Shown one piece after another: positions 47,471 through 54,920 of a stretch of DNA of 64,000 nt. This DNA comes from a virus (lineage: Duplodnaviria; Caudoviricetes). Every line of letters starts with the position of its first letter. The first letter of the stretch is position 1. The translations under genes were made by a program, and so were the position numbers. The notes below the pieces were generated by a model, which did not search any database, was not told the DNA's origin, and saw nothing but the letters and a program-made list of their open reading frames with translations. The DNA lies in the IMG/VR virus record IMGVR_UViG_3300020450_000008, one strand, 5' to 3'.

Positions 47471-47741
47471 GCCTTTAAATAAACTGCAACAACTCATGGT
47501 TATTACTATGGAAGAGTGTGGTGAACTTACACAAGAGTGTAGTAAGATTATAAGAAAATATAAAAAATTTAATCAGCTACCTGAAGAAGATATTGATAAG
47601 TTAAAAAAAGAAGCTGCTGATGTGTATGCTATGATTCAACTTATGATACATAACCAATTATTTGACTATGTTGAATTGGAGGTTAACGCAAAGAAGAAAC
47701 ATGAAAAACTAGCAAAATGGAGTACATTATTAAATGAGTGA
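47463..47741 (+). CDS. MazG-like NTP pyrophosphohydrolase
   Basis: MEECGELTQECSK...LKKEAADV (EExxE...ExxD). Confidence 0.75.
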   Translation: MPKPLNKLQQLMVITMEECGELTQECSKIIRKYKKFNQLPEEDIDKLKKEAADVYAMIQLMIHNQLFDYVELEVNAKKKHEKLAKWSTLLNE

Positions 47742-47991
47742 TCAACCATACCACAATAAAGGATTTGGCGTAGCATTTCTATGGATAATCTTAGTTGTGT
47801 TTATATTACCAGTAGTCGCCATGATGACATTAGACGATACTTTTGAAAGGTTCTTACAGAAATATGGAGATCCCTTTACTACCGAGTGTTGGGAAAATTC
47901 TAAACATGAAAAGGTTTGTAAAGGTGAAGTCGAATGCAAGTTTGGCCGTAACTTTTGTATTGATGAAGTATACAGGTGGAGAGCTAAGTGA
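47734..47991 (+). CDS. Hypothetical membrane protein with Cys-rich C-terminus
   Basis: TM helix and four Cys (CWEN, VCKG, CKFGRNFC). Confidence 0.6.
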   Translation: MSDQPYHNKGFGVAFLWIILVVFILPVVAMMTLDDTFERFLQKYGDPFTTECWENSKHEKVCKGEVECKFGRNFCIDEVYRWRAK

Positions 47992-48803
47992 GAATCATAG
48001 CTGGCCCATGCCAACATGAGTCATACGAACAATCATTAGAAATAGCCAAACATTGTAAGAAGTGGTGTGACCACTTTGGATTTGAATATTATTTTAAAGC
48101 TTCTTATGATAAGGCTAACAGAACATCAATGCATTCAGAAAGAGGCAGAGGATTGAAGAAAACTCTTTTTGATTTGTCTAAAATTAAAAAAGAAATTGGT
48201 GTCTCTATCTTGACTGATGTACACGATAGAGAACAACTTAGAACTATTAGAGCTTTCTTTGATCATGTTGTTGATGTTATACAAATACCCGCATTTCTTT
48301 CCAGACAAACAGATCTTATTGTTGATGCCTCTCTAAGTGGTAAAATAATAAATATTAAAAAGGGGCAGTTTATGGCTCCTTGGGATATTAAAGGGATCTT
48401 GAGTAAGACGAAAGGTGCAAAAGATGTTTGGATTACCGAGCGAGGGACTTCTTTCGGATATAATCGTCTTGTCGTCGACTTTGTCGGTATGGTATCTATT
48501 CTGCGCGATCTTGGGAACGCCTGTGTCTTCGACGCTACTCACTCAGTCCAGAGACCTGGAGGAGGTGGTGATAAGAGCGACGGCGATCGTGGGTACGTTC
48601 CTAGCCTTTTGCGGGCCGCAGCTGCTATTGGTGTTGAGTCGTTTTTCTTAGAGGTGCATCCAGATCCTGATAGTGCTCCAAGTGACGGGCCAAACATGGT
48701 TCCATTAGACGCTTTTTATGATATGCTTAATATGATAAACAGAACAAGTTGGAGGAACATTGCAGAAGAATACGGGAAAAGACATCCATTTCGGTCTCTT
48801 TGA
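47988..48803 (+). CDS. kdsA: KDO8P synthase (2-dehydro-3-deoxyphosphooctonate aldolase)
   Basis: IAGPC..ES, FKASYDKANRTS, LTDVH, QIPAFLSRQTDL, NIKKGQF, ERGTSFGY..LVVD, FDATHSVQ.PGG, FLEVHPDP..A.SDG. Confidence 0.95.
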   Translation: MRIIAGPCQHESYEQSLEIAKHCKKWCDHFGFEYYFKASYDKANRTSMHSERGRGLKKTLFDLSKIKKEIGVSILTDVHDREQLRTIRAFFDHVVDVIQIPAFLSRQTDLIVDASLSGKIINIKKGQFMAPWDIKGILSKTKGAKDVWITERGTSFGYNRLVVDFVGMVSILRDLGNACVFDATHSVQRPGGGGDKSDGDRGYVPSLLRAAAAIGVESFFLEVHPDPDSAPSDGPNMVPLDAFYDMLNMINRTSWRNIAEEYGKRHPFRSL

Positions 48804-48954
48804 GAAAAAATGCAGGAAATGCGGTCATAAATCTCATTGTGATGCCGAATGTATGGAATGTTATAACGATATATGCACAGGGTGTAGTTGTGAAAAATGC
48901 GATCCTGATTGCATATTGGCTCTGGGGGGTGGAGTCGAACCACCACGTCATTAG
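48760..48954 (+). CDS. Cys-rich metallothionein-like small protein
   Basis: KKCRKCGHKSHCDAECMECYNDICTGCSCEKCDPDC: 10 Cys in about 35 aa; overlaps the kdsA end and the antisense tRNA. Confidence 0.5.
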   Translation: MQKNTGKDIHFGLFEKKCRKCGHKSHCDAECMECYNDICTGCSCEKCDPDCILALGGGVEPPRH

Positions 48955-49001
48955 ACAACGTATAAACAGTACGCCGCGTCTACCAATTCCGCCACCCCAG
49001 A
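48917..49001 (-). tRNA. Atypical tRNA-Asn(GTT)-like gene with long variable arm and U37; CCA encoded
   Basis: Minus strand: TCTGGGG TG GCGGAATTGGTAGACGC G GCGTA-CTGTTTA-TACGT TGTCTAATGACGT GGTGG-TTCGACT-CCACC CCCCAGA G CCA; complete cloverleaf of 85 nt. Confidence 0.88.
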
Positions 49002-49006
49002 TTAAA

Positions 49007-49834
49007 TTATGCGGCTTTCGCTTGTCTCCACTCTTGAGCTTTTTCGACTGCTGCTATCATTCTTGTCATGCCGATTCCTCCGCCAACTCTTGGAAAGAAA
49101 TCCATAGCTAAGAAGTCTTTAAGCTCTTGTTCAACTCTATCTTTTCCAAATAACTTGTAAAGAAGTTCAGCGTACTTACCTTCACTGATTGTATGAAATG
49201 TATGAGACATTTGTTCTTTATCTGTACTTCTTTCGGCTGATCCAATTGTTTCCATACCGTTTAATATTACATCAATCTTTTTACTTGTCAGTTCATTGTC
49301 GTGTCTTGACATATTCCAAAATGGTGATGTAAATTCTGGAAAGTTTGTAATCATTCCCCAGCCAATCTCGTCTTCATGCTCATTTTCGATCTCTTCAACT
49401 TCAAACTGATCTTGCCACTCTTTGTATGTTCTAATATCAAGTTCTGGAAATCCAAGATATTCACATAGTTCAAGTTCCATTGCTTTGAGATCATCTACGT
49501 CTCCTGGAAACTCAAATTCAAACATTGGGAATATAGTCTCATGACGACCTTCTACTGGTCTTGGTTCTTGTCTGTAGGAAGTGGAGACACAAAAAAACCC
49601 GTTCTCTGACGGGTTAGTTAACAACTCATATTCGAGCCACATCTGGCCCGTTTGCGGTAACGGCCATATATTACCATTGTATTGATATGTAGCCACTGTT
49701 TCTGGATCTTCGCAAGCTGCCAGTATACTCAGTCTATTTTGAGTATGAACTTCATGAAAGCCTTTAGATAAAAAAAAGGACCTTAAAAGGTCCACTGTTT
49801 TTGTAAATTTTTGCGGTTTGATAAGCGATGTCAT
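49007..49834 (-). CDS. Class IIb aminoacyl-tRNA synthetase paralogue (Asp/Asn/Lys family catalytic domain only; asparagine synthetase A-like/EpmA-like architecture)
   Basis: Motif 1 region (LLRSFFLSKGFHEVHT), motif 2 (SYRQEP..GRH..FPMFEFE), ETIGSAER, motif 3 (GGGIGMTRM); no N-terminal OB-fold; ATG 49834 preferred over ORF start 49861. Confidence 0.85.
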   Translation of the reverse strand: MTSLIKPQKFTKTVDLLRSFFLSKGFHEVHTQNRLSILAACEDPETVATYQYNGNIWPLPQTGQMWLEYELLTNPSENGFFCVSTSYRQEPRPVEGRHETIFPMFEFEFPGDVDDLKAMELELCEYLGFPELDIRTYKEWQDQFEVEEIENEHEDEIGWGMITNFPEFTSPFWNMSRHDNELTSKKIDVILNGMETIGSAERSTDKEQMSHTFHTISEGKYAELLYKLFGKDRVEQELKDFLAMDFFPRVGGGIGMTRMIAAVEKAQEWRQAKAA

Positions 49835-49896
49835 TTTTCTTTCTTTCTGTAAATGTTGCACAATTGTAGTATATATAAGATTTTTTTAAAAAAACG

Positions 49897-49925
49897 TTTA
49901 CAAATGAAAAAAAATATGATAGAAT
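49897..49925 (+). promoter_or_regulatory. sigma70/T4 early-type promoter, divergent from the aaRS-tRNA unit
   Basis: TTTACA-17 nt-TAGAAT. Confidence 0.7.
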
Positions 49926-49932
49926 AGATATT

Positions 49933-50271
49933 ATGACAATGCATTTAGTGAGAGGTATGACGTCCCTCAGTACAAAAAGACGCAAAATGAAAAAGAAACC
50001 TGGTTGGAATAAAGCCTTATCAGAGCATGAAAAGTTCTTAAAAAAGATGGGTGTAGAGGATCGTCCCAAGTCAAACTTTAGATCCGATATTCCTGATTAT
50101 ACAACTCGTAAAACAGCTCCAACATCAAATAATATTGGCAATGGAATTAAAAAAAACATAAATACATATACTGGAGATCAGATAATTGGTATCAGTGCTA
50201 TGCATAAATCTAATTTGGTTCCAGTGTCGAATAAAAAGAATGCAATTGATATGGCAAAAATGAGGAGATAA
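49933..50271 (+). CDS. Conserved T4-like hypothetical protein
   Basis: MTMHLVRG..., YTGDQIIGISAMHKSNLVPV. Confidence 0.7.
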   Translation: MTMHLVRGMTSLSTKRRKMKKKPGWNKALSEHEKFLKKMGVEDRPKSNFRSDIPDYTTRKTAPTSNNIGNGIKKNINTYTGDQIIGISAMHKSNLVPVSNKKNAIDMAKMRR

Positions 50272-50540
50272 TGTTTACGATAGAATATGACCATGATGAG
50301 ACTGTCACGACTGTCTTGGATAATGATGGAAAGCATGAAGATCTTCAGTTGATTATAGGCGATAAATCCGTATATATAAGACAATATAATCCGGGAAAAA
50401 AGACTTATGATTTAATTGAAATATCACCTTTCATGTTTCAAGAACTTATGAAATCAATGGAATACCCAGAAGGTTCTTATTTAACTACCGGAAGATTTCT
50501 ACCAGACAGGACGACACCGAATGGAACGAAAATATATTGA
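50271..50540 (+). CDS. Conserved hypothetical protein
   Basis: MFTIEYDHDETVTTVLD..., VYIRQY, MEYPEGSY. Confidence 0.65.
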   Translation: MFTIEYDHDETVTTVLDNDGKHEDLQLIIGDKSVYIRQYNPGKKTYDLIEISPFMFQELMKSMEYPEGSYLTTGRFLPDRTTPNGTKIY

Positions 50541-51321
50541 CGTCTTAAACGACGGAAAATTAAATATGTGGATAGATATATCTACGTACTGCAATGCATC
50601 TTGTCCAGAATGCCATAGAACAGATATTGAAAATGGCGGCCTAGGAAAAGTCCAATGGCTTCCTCTTGTTCAATGGACTTTTGAAGAATTTAAAAAATCC
50701 TATCCGCCATCTTTTGTTAGTAAAACTAATAGATGGGAATTTTGTGGTACATGGGGAGATCCTGTAATGAATAAGGATTTATTGGATATATGCCAATACG
50801 TCTCTGATAATACTCCAGTTGATGGTGCTGTTGAAATCGATACAAATGGTAGTATAAGACCTTTAAGCTGGTGGGAAAAACTAGGAAAGATAGGCAAAAT
50901 AAAAGTTGATTTTGCTATTGAAGGTATTACTCAGGAAATGCATTCTTTATATAGAAGAAGAACCGATCTAGCAAAAATATTGGCTAATATGAAACGCTTT
51001 ACGGACGCTGGTGGTATTGCAACTGGATTCTGTGTTATACACAAACACAATCAAGATCACCTTCTTGAAATAGAAAATTTATGTAAAGCTTATGGCGCTG
51101 TATTTGTAGACTTTATAGAATCTAATAGATTTAATAAGTCTCCTTTATTTCATTTTTTTAACGAAGAAGATAAAATTGAAGTCCTAGAAAAACCTACTAA
51201 CTATCAATTTCCTGGAGAAGTTAATCATTATGGAAAAACAATACAACAAAAAAATAATACCACAGAGTGGCAGTTACTAGCCCGGCAGGTAGAAAATATC
51301 AAAGAAGAACCAGATATATGA
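50521..51321 (+). CDS. Radical SAM protein
   Basis: CNASCPEC CxxxCxxC, FCGTWGDP, EIDTNG. Confidence 0.9.
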   Translation: MERKYIDVLNDGKLNMWIDISTYCNASCPECHRTDIENGGLGKVQWLPLVQWTFEEFKKSYPPSFVSKTNRWEFCGTWGDPVMNKDLLDICQYVSDNTPVDGAVEIDTNGSIRPLSWWEKLGKIGKIKVDFAIEGITQEMHSLYRRRTDLAKILANMKRFTDAGGIATGFCVIHKHNQDHLLEIENLCKAYGAVFVDFIESNRFNKSPLFHFFNEEDKIEVLEKPTNYQFPGEVNHYGKTIQQKNNTTEWQLLARQVENIKEEPDI

Positions 51322-51334
51322 ATAAGGAGTAAAA

Positions 51335-51664
51335 ATGAGTATTGATATAAAGTGCGAGTGGTTGAGTCAAGATAAAATCTTAGTCAATCCAGATGGTCAA
51401 GTATTTCCTTGTTGTTACCTCGCAAATAAATATTATAGAATAGCTCAACAAAAATGGGATATGAAATTTGCATATCGCGAAGAACAAACTGATGATATAA
51501 TCTTCAATTACAAAGAAAATGAAAAAGATCTGAATATAAAAAATAAAACAATGGAAGAAGTTCTTTCTCATAATTGGTATACAAAAGATCTTCCTGAATC
51601 TTGGAAGACCAGAGAAACTGCTAACGATATATGTGTAAAATTTTGTGATCATGGAAATGAGTAG
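51335..51664 (+). CDS. Stand-alone SPASM/twitch Fe-S domain protein
   Basis: C(EW)...VNPDGQVFPCCYL...ICVKFC. Confidence 0.75.
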   Translation: MSIDIKCEWLSQDKILVNPDGQVFPCCYLANKYYRIAQQKWDMKFAYREEQTDDIIFNYKENEKDLNIKNKTMEEVLSHNWYTKDLPESWKTRETANDICVKFCDHGNE

Positions 51665-52526
51665 AATTATATTTTCTGTCTATATTGATCCCAATGAAAT
51701 ATACAATGGTGATCCTTTAGATTTTAAATCAGCGCAGTTATCAAAACACTTAAAGGCCTTAAAATACAAACAAGAAGAATACGCTAAAATATGCGATGCT
51801 GATTATAGGATATATGAGTTAGATGACGCCTATAGGTTATTTCTGGACAAGCTTGATGATCTCGAAGTATTTGAGACTCAATATCAATGTATTCAACATT
51901 ATAAACATTATCTTATGAATGAGTTATCAAATTCGTATGATGAAGTTCTTTACTTAGATTTAGATGTCTTTATTAATACTAAAGAGAATATATTTGAGAC
52001 CTTTAATCTTTCAAATGGTATTGGCATTTATGGATATTTAGATGATAAACCTGAAGATCAAAAAAATATAAAAGAAGGTTGGCTTTCATATATTCCAAAA
52101 CATACAAGTGTATCTGTTAAAACTGCTGCGATGATGTCTCTTTGTGCAAATTTAAAGTGTACATTTCCTAATTATGTTTTTAATACTGCAATAATGCTTG
52201 TAAATAAAAAATATTGTAATAAGATTAATTATATGAACGAACTAAAACATATAAAAGAAACAATAGATGATTTGAAAGAAAATGATGATTGGTGGGCAGA
52301 CTATATTAGAAATTATTTTTCAATCAATAATGAAACGGCACTATCATATCTGGTCCATAAGAATGGTGTTAAATGGCAATCAATAGGACCAGAATGGCAT
52401 TATCCTTATAATAGTAGGAATCAAGCATATGATATACCTGAAGATTCTAAATTTATTCATGTAATTAATAAAGATTTTGTCAAAGTATTTTCTAAATTTA
52501 ATTACTGGGAGTGGTGTTACATATGA
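51645..52526 (+). CDS. Glycosyltransferase-like protein (GT-A)
   Basis: YDEVLYLDLDV, FNTAIML, NETALSY, FIHVINK. Confidence 0.7.
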   Translation: MIMEMSRIIFSVYIDPNEIYNGDPLDFKSAQLSKHLKALKYKQEEYAKICDADYRIYELDDAYRLFLDKLDDLEVFETQYQCIQHYKHYLMNELSNSYDEVLYLDLDVFINTKENIFETFNLSNGIGIYGYLDDKPEDQKNIKEGWLSYIPKHTSVSVKTAAMMSLCANLKCTFPNYVFNTAIMLVNKKYCNKINYMNELKHIKETIDDLKENDDWWADYIRNYFSINNETALSYLVHKNGVKWQSIGPEWHYPYNSRNQAYDIPEDSKFIHVINKDFVKVFSKFNYWEWCYI

Positions 52527-52627
52527 TAGAAACTTTGGTAACCTTATGGTTGATAGAAATAACTGTTACATTTTTGTCACACGTTAAATAAAAAAATAAA
52601 AAAAATCACTTTTATTGAAAATAATCG

Positions 52628-52656
52628 TTTACATTCTCTCTTTTTTATGGTAGATT
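52628..52656 (+). promoter_or_regulatory. Strong early-type promoter (operator-associated class)
   Basis: CGTTTACA-17 nt-TAGATT, then AATAGTATAAGG. Confidence 0.75.
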
Positions 52657-52688
52657 AATAGTATAAGGTAAATAAAAAAGGAAGATAA

Positions 52689-52865
52689 ATGAAAGATATT
52701 TTTGATTATAACAATGTAATAGGCATCCTGATTGGTATGTCTACTGCGCAAAAAGAAACTCTAGCTGAAAAGCTTGTAGACAGATTTCCTTCAACCACTT
52801 ATGATTTTGCATCTGAACTAATGATCAAGTTGCAGGACAAAGAAGCTGAAGAAGGAGTACTATAA
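52689..52865 (+). CDS. Hypothetical early protein (58 aa)
   Basis: SD AAGGAAG; MKDIFDYNNVIGILIGMSTAQKETLAEKLVDRFP... Confidence 0.65.
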   Translation: MKDIFDYNNVIGILIGMSTAQKETLAEKLVDRFPSTTYDFASELMIKLQDKEAEEGVL

Positions 52866-53086
52866 TGATAGCTATGACAAATACAAAAGGTTTAACATAT
52901 GCAGCAATCATGCTGAAAGTTAAAGATCTTCAAGAGTTAATAACTACTTACAATGCAATTATGGCTGGTCAACTTAACATTGATGAAGATTTGATTAGCA
53001 ATAAAATATTAAAAATGGCTGATGAGTTAGGAATCGATCATGACGAACTTGCCGATCTTGCAACCGCAAACTTTGGAGTTCAGTAA
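52865..53086 (+). CDS. Hypothetical early protein
   Basis: TAATG coupling. Confidence 0.65.
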   Translation: MIAMTNTKGLTYAAIMLKVKDLQELITTYNAIMAGQLNIDEDLISNKILKMADELGIDHDELADLATANFGVQ

Positions 53087-53286
53087 TGAAAGAGATGACA
53101 AACTTAGAATTCATGTTCAGAGAAGAACCAGCAAAACTAGCAGCTGAATTAATATCACTTCTTAATGAAAGAGATCAAGTTGATTTTGTTGAGAGACTTG
53201 TTGAAGGTGTTCCAAATAGAGCAAAGGAAATTGCTAAAATGATAAACATCGAAATACGTAATCAAACACCGATGTTTATGGATTAA
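53086..53286 (+). CDS. Hypothetical early protein
   Basis: TAATG coupling; weak resemblance to 52689..52865 (AE.L..LVDRF / VERLVE). Confidence 0.65.
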   Translation: MKEMTNLEFMFREEPAKLAAELISLLNERDQVDFVERLVEGVPNRAKEIAKMINIEIRNQTPMFMD

Positions 53287-53579
53287 TGATGAGTGTATAT
53301 CCTAAAATAGAAGAAGTACATCCAAACAGATTGGTATCATATTACTGTATGTCAAACTATTTGTACTATGAAAAAGAAAAGAATGTTCTTACCGATGGCG
53401 ATTACGATGGTCTTTGTAAAAGAATACTAAAAGAATGGTCAAACATAGAACATCAACACAAAAACAAAATATCAAAAGAAGCTCTTGAAGCTGGTACTGG
53501 TTTCAGAATGCGTTATACAAATTTAATTATGGATGCAGCTAATCATTGGCTGAAGATGTGGGAGAAAGAAAATGGCTAA
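53286..53579 (+). CDS. Stand-alone NAD-dependent DNA ligase subdomain Ia-like protein
   Basis: YLYYEKEKNVLTDGDYDGLCKRI matches the LigA YY.......D.EYD motif. Confidence 0.7.
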   Translation: MMSVYPKIEEVHPNRLVSYYCMSNYLYYEKEKNVLTDGDYDGLCKRILKEWSNIEHQHKNKISKEALEAGTGFRMRYTNLIMDAANHWLKMWEKENG

Positions 53580-54687
53580 GAGAAAAAAGAATAAAGTAAT
53601 TTCAAGACGTTCGAGTACTGGTATTACAGCAGCACCAACAAAATCATTTCATTGGTTTGCAGATTATCTTAGAATGGAAGTTGACAAGAAAGAAATAGGT
53701 CAAACTATCAAAGGATATTTTAAAGCTAATACAACAAAGGCTGAATATAAAATAATACAACAGGCTCCTGATTGGGCATTTAGTTCAAAAACATATTTTG
53801 CTGCTATGATCGCTTGGAAAGCATTAGGATATGAATATGATGCTGGTGGTAATGAAGCTGAAAACTATGAAAGAAATAAAGAAGAGTTTATCAGACTTGG
53901 AAATAAAAGAATTGAGGAAAAGAAAAATGAGTCAAAAGATAAAAAGCCAAAAAGATCAATTCAAGAAATTATTGCCGAAAAAACTAGCGACCTTATTTCT
54001 GAAGTGGAAGAAGTTCTTGACGGATATCACGAAAAAGGACATGAAGAGTCAATGAACTATTCCTTGTATAAGGAACTTAGTTTACGAGTTGCTCCAAACA
54101 ATATGGCCAAAGCCGTATTTGATTATTACACTCCAATCAAAGATGAAATAAAAGAATTGGTTGAAGATAAACCAGAAGATCTTGTTGAGGCATATTCATA
54201 TATGAATACTAGTCAGCGAAAAAAGTACCTCCAATTTCTTGAATATATAGTATCGGATGTTGAAAAATACATGGCGTCAAAGAAAGCTGTTAGAAAGGTA
54301 AAAATCGCAAAGCCGAAGAGTGCACTTAAACAGATTGCTAAAATACAGTATTTAAAAGAGTCAATGGAAGACAAACTTACTTCAATTAATCCTGCCGCGA
54401 TTGTTGGAGCACATAGACTCTACACATATAATATTAAATATAAAAAGCTAACAGAGTTGGTTAGTAATGGGAAAGGTTTTGAAATCAGTGGATCTACAAT
54501 TAAAAATCTTGATAACGATCTCAGTCGCTCTATTTCCTTACGTAAGCCTGTGGATGTATTACCTATGGTACTTAAAAAGACCCCGCCACAAATCAGGGCG
54601 GTATGGAATGAGCTCACCACTAAGACAGCGAGCGCTAATGGTCGAATAAACAAAGAAACAATCTTATTAAGGGCAATGGATAAATGA
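53572..54687 (+). CDS. Conserved T4-like hypothetical protein upstream of gp33
   Basis: C-terminal SINPAAIVGA..LYTYN..., SISLRKP..L, GRINKETILL. Confidence 0.7.
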   Translation: MAKRKKNKVISRRSSTGITAAPTKSFHWFADYLRMEVDKKEIGQTIKGYFKANTTKAEYKIIQQAPDWAFSSKTYFAAMIAWKALGYEYDAGGNEAENYERNKEEFIRLGNKRIEEKKNESKDKKPKRSIQEIIAEKTSDLISEVEEVLDGYHEKGHEESMNYSLYKELSLRVAPNNMAKAVFDYYTPIKDEIKELVEDKPEDLVEAYSYMNTSQRKKYLQFLEYIVSDVEKYMASKKAVRKVKIAKPKSALKQIAKIQYLKESMEDKLTSINPAAIVGAHRLYTYNIKYKKLTELVSNGKGFEISGSTIKNLDNDLSRSISLRKPVDVLPMVLKKTPPQIRAVWNELTTKTASANGRINKETILLRAMDK

Positions 54688-54920
54688 GTACAAAAGAACC
54701 GGAATTCATGAATAGATCTAAGTTTACTAAACTTATAGAAGCTCAGGTCTTGGAAAGAAAACTTGGCTATATAGATGCTATAGTCGAAGTATGTGAGATA
54801 ACAAATATAGATCCAGAGGATGTGAAAAAATTTATCTCACCAGTAGTCAAAGAGAAGCTTGAAGCAGAGGCAATGAAATTAAACTATTTGCCAAAACAAA
54901 ATGAGCTTGTTTTTGAATAA
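54684..54920 (+). CDS. gp33: Late transcription co-activator gp33
   Basis: KFTKLIE, YIDAIVEVCE, ISPVVKEKLEAEAMKLNYL; synteny with gp32. Confidence 0.85.
   Translation: MSTKEPEFMNRSKFTKLIEAQVLERKLGYIDAIVEVCEITNIDPEDVKKFISPVVKEKLEAEAMKLNYLPKQNELVFE

Noticed and set aside
48961-48975. Reading the tRNA as Lys (UUU) or Tyr
   Set aside because: The 5-bp anticodon stem GCGTA/TACGT fixes the loop as CUGUUUA with GUU at 34-36; shifting the register breaks the stem. U1-A72 and G73 also fit Asn.
49007-49861. Calling the ORF a canonical aspS/asnS/lysS
   Set aside because: Too short, and no N-terminal anticodon-binding OB-fold; only the catalytic core is present.
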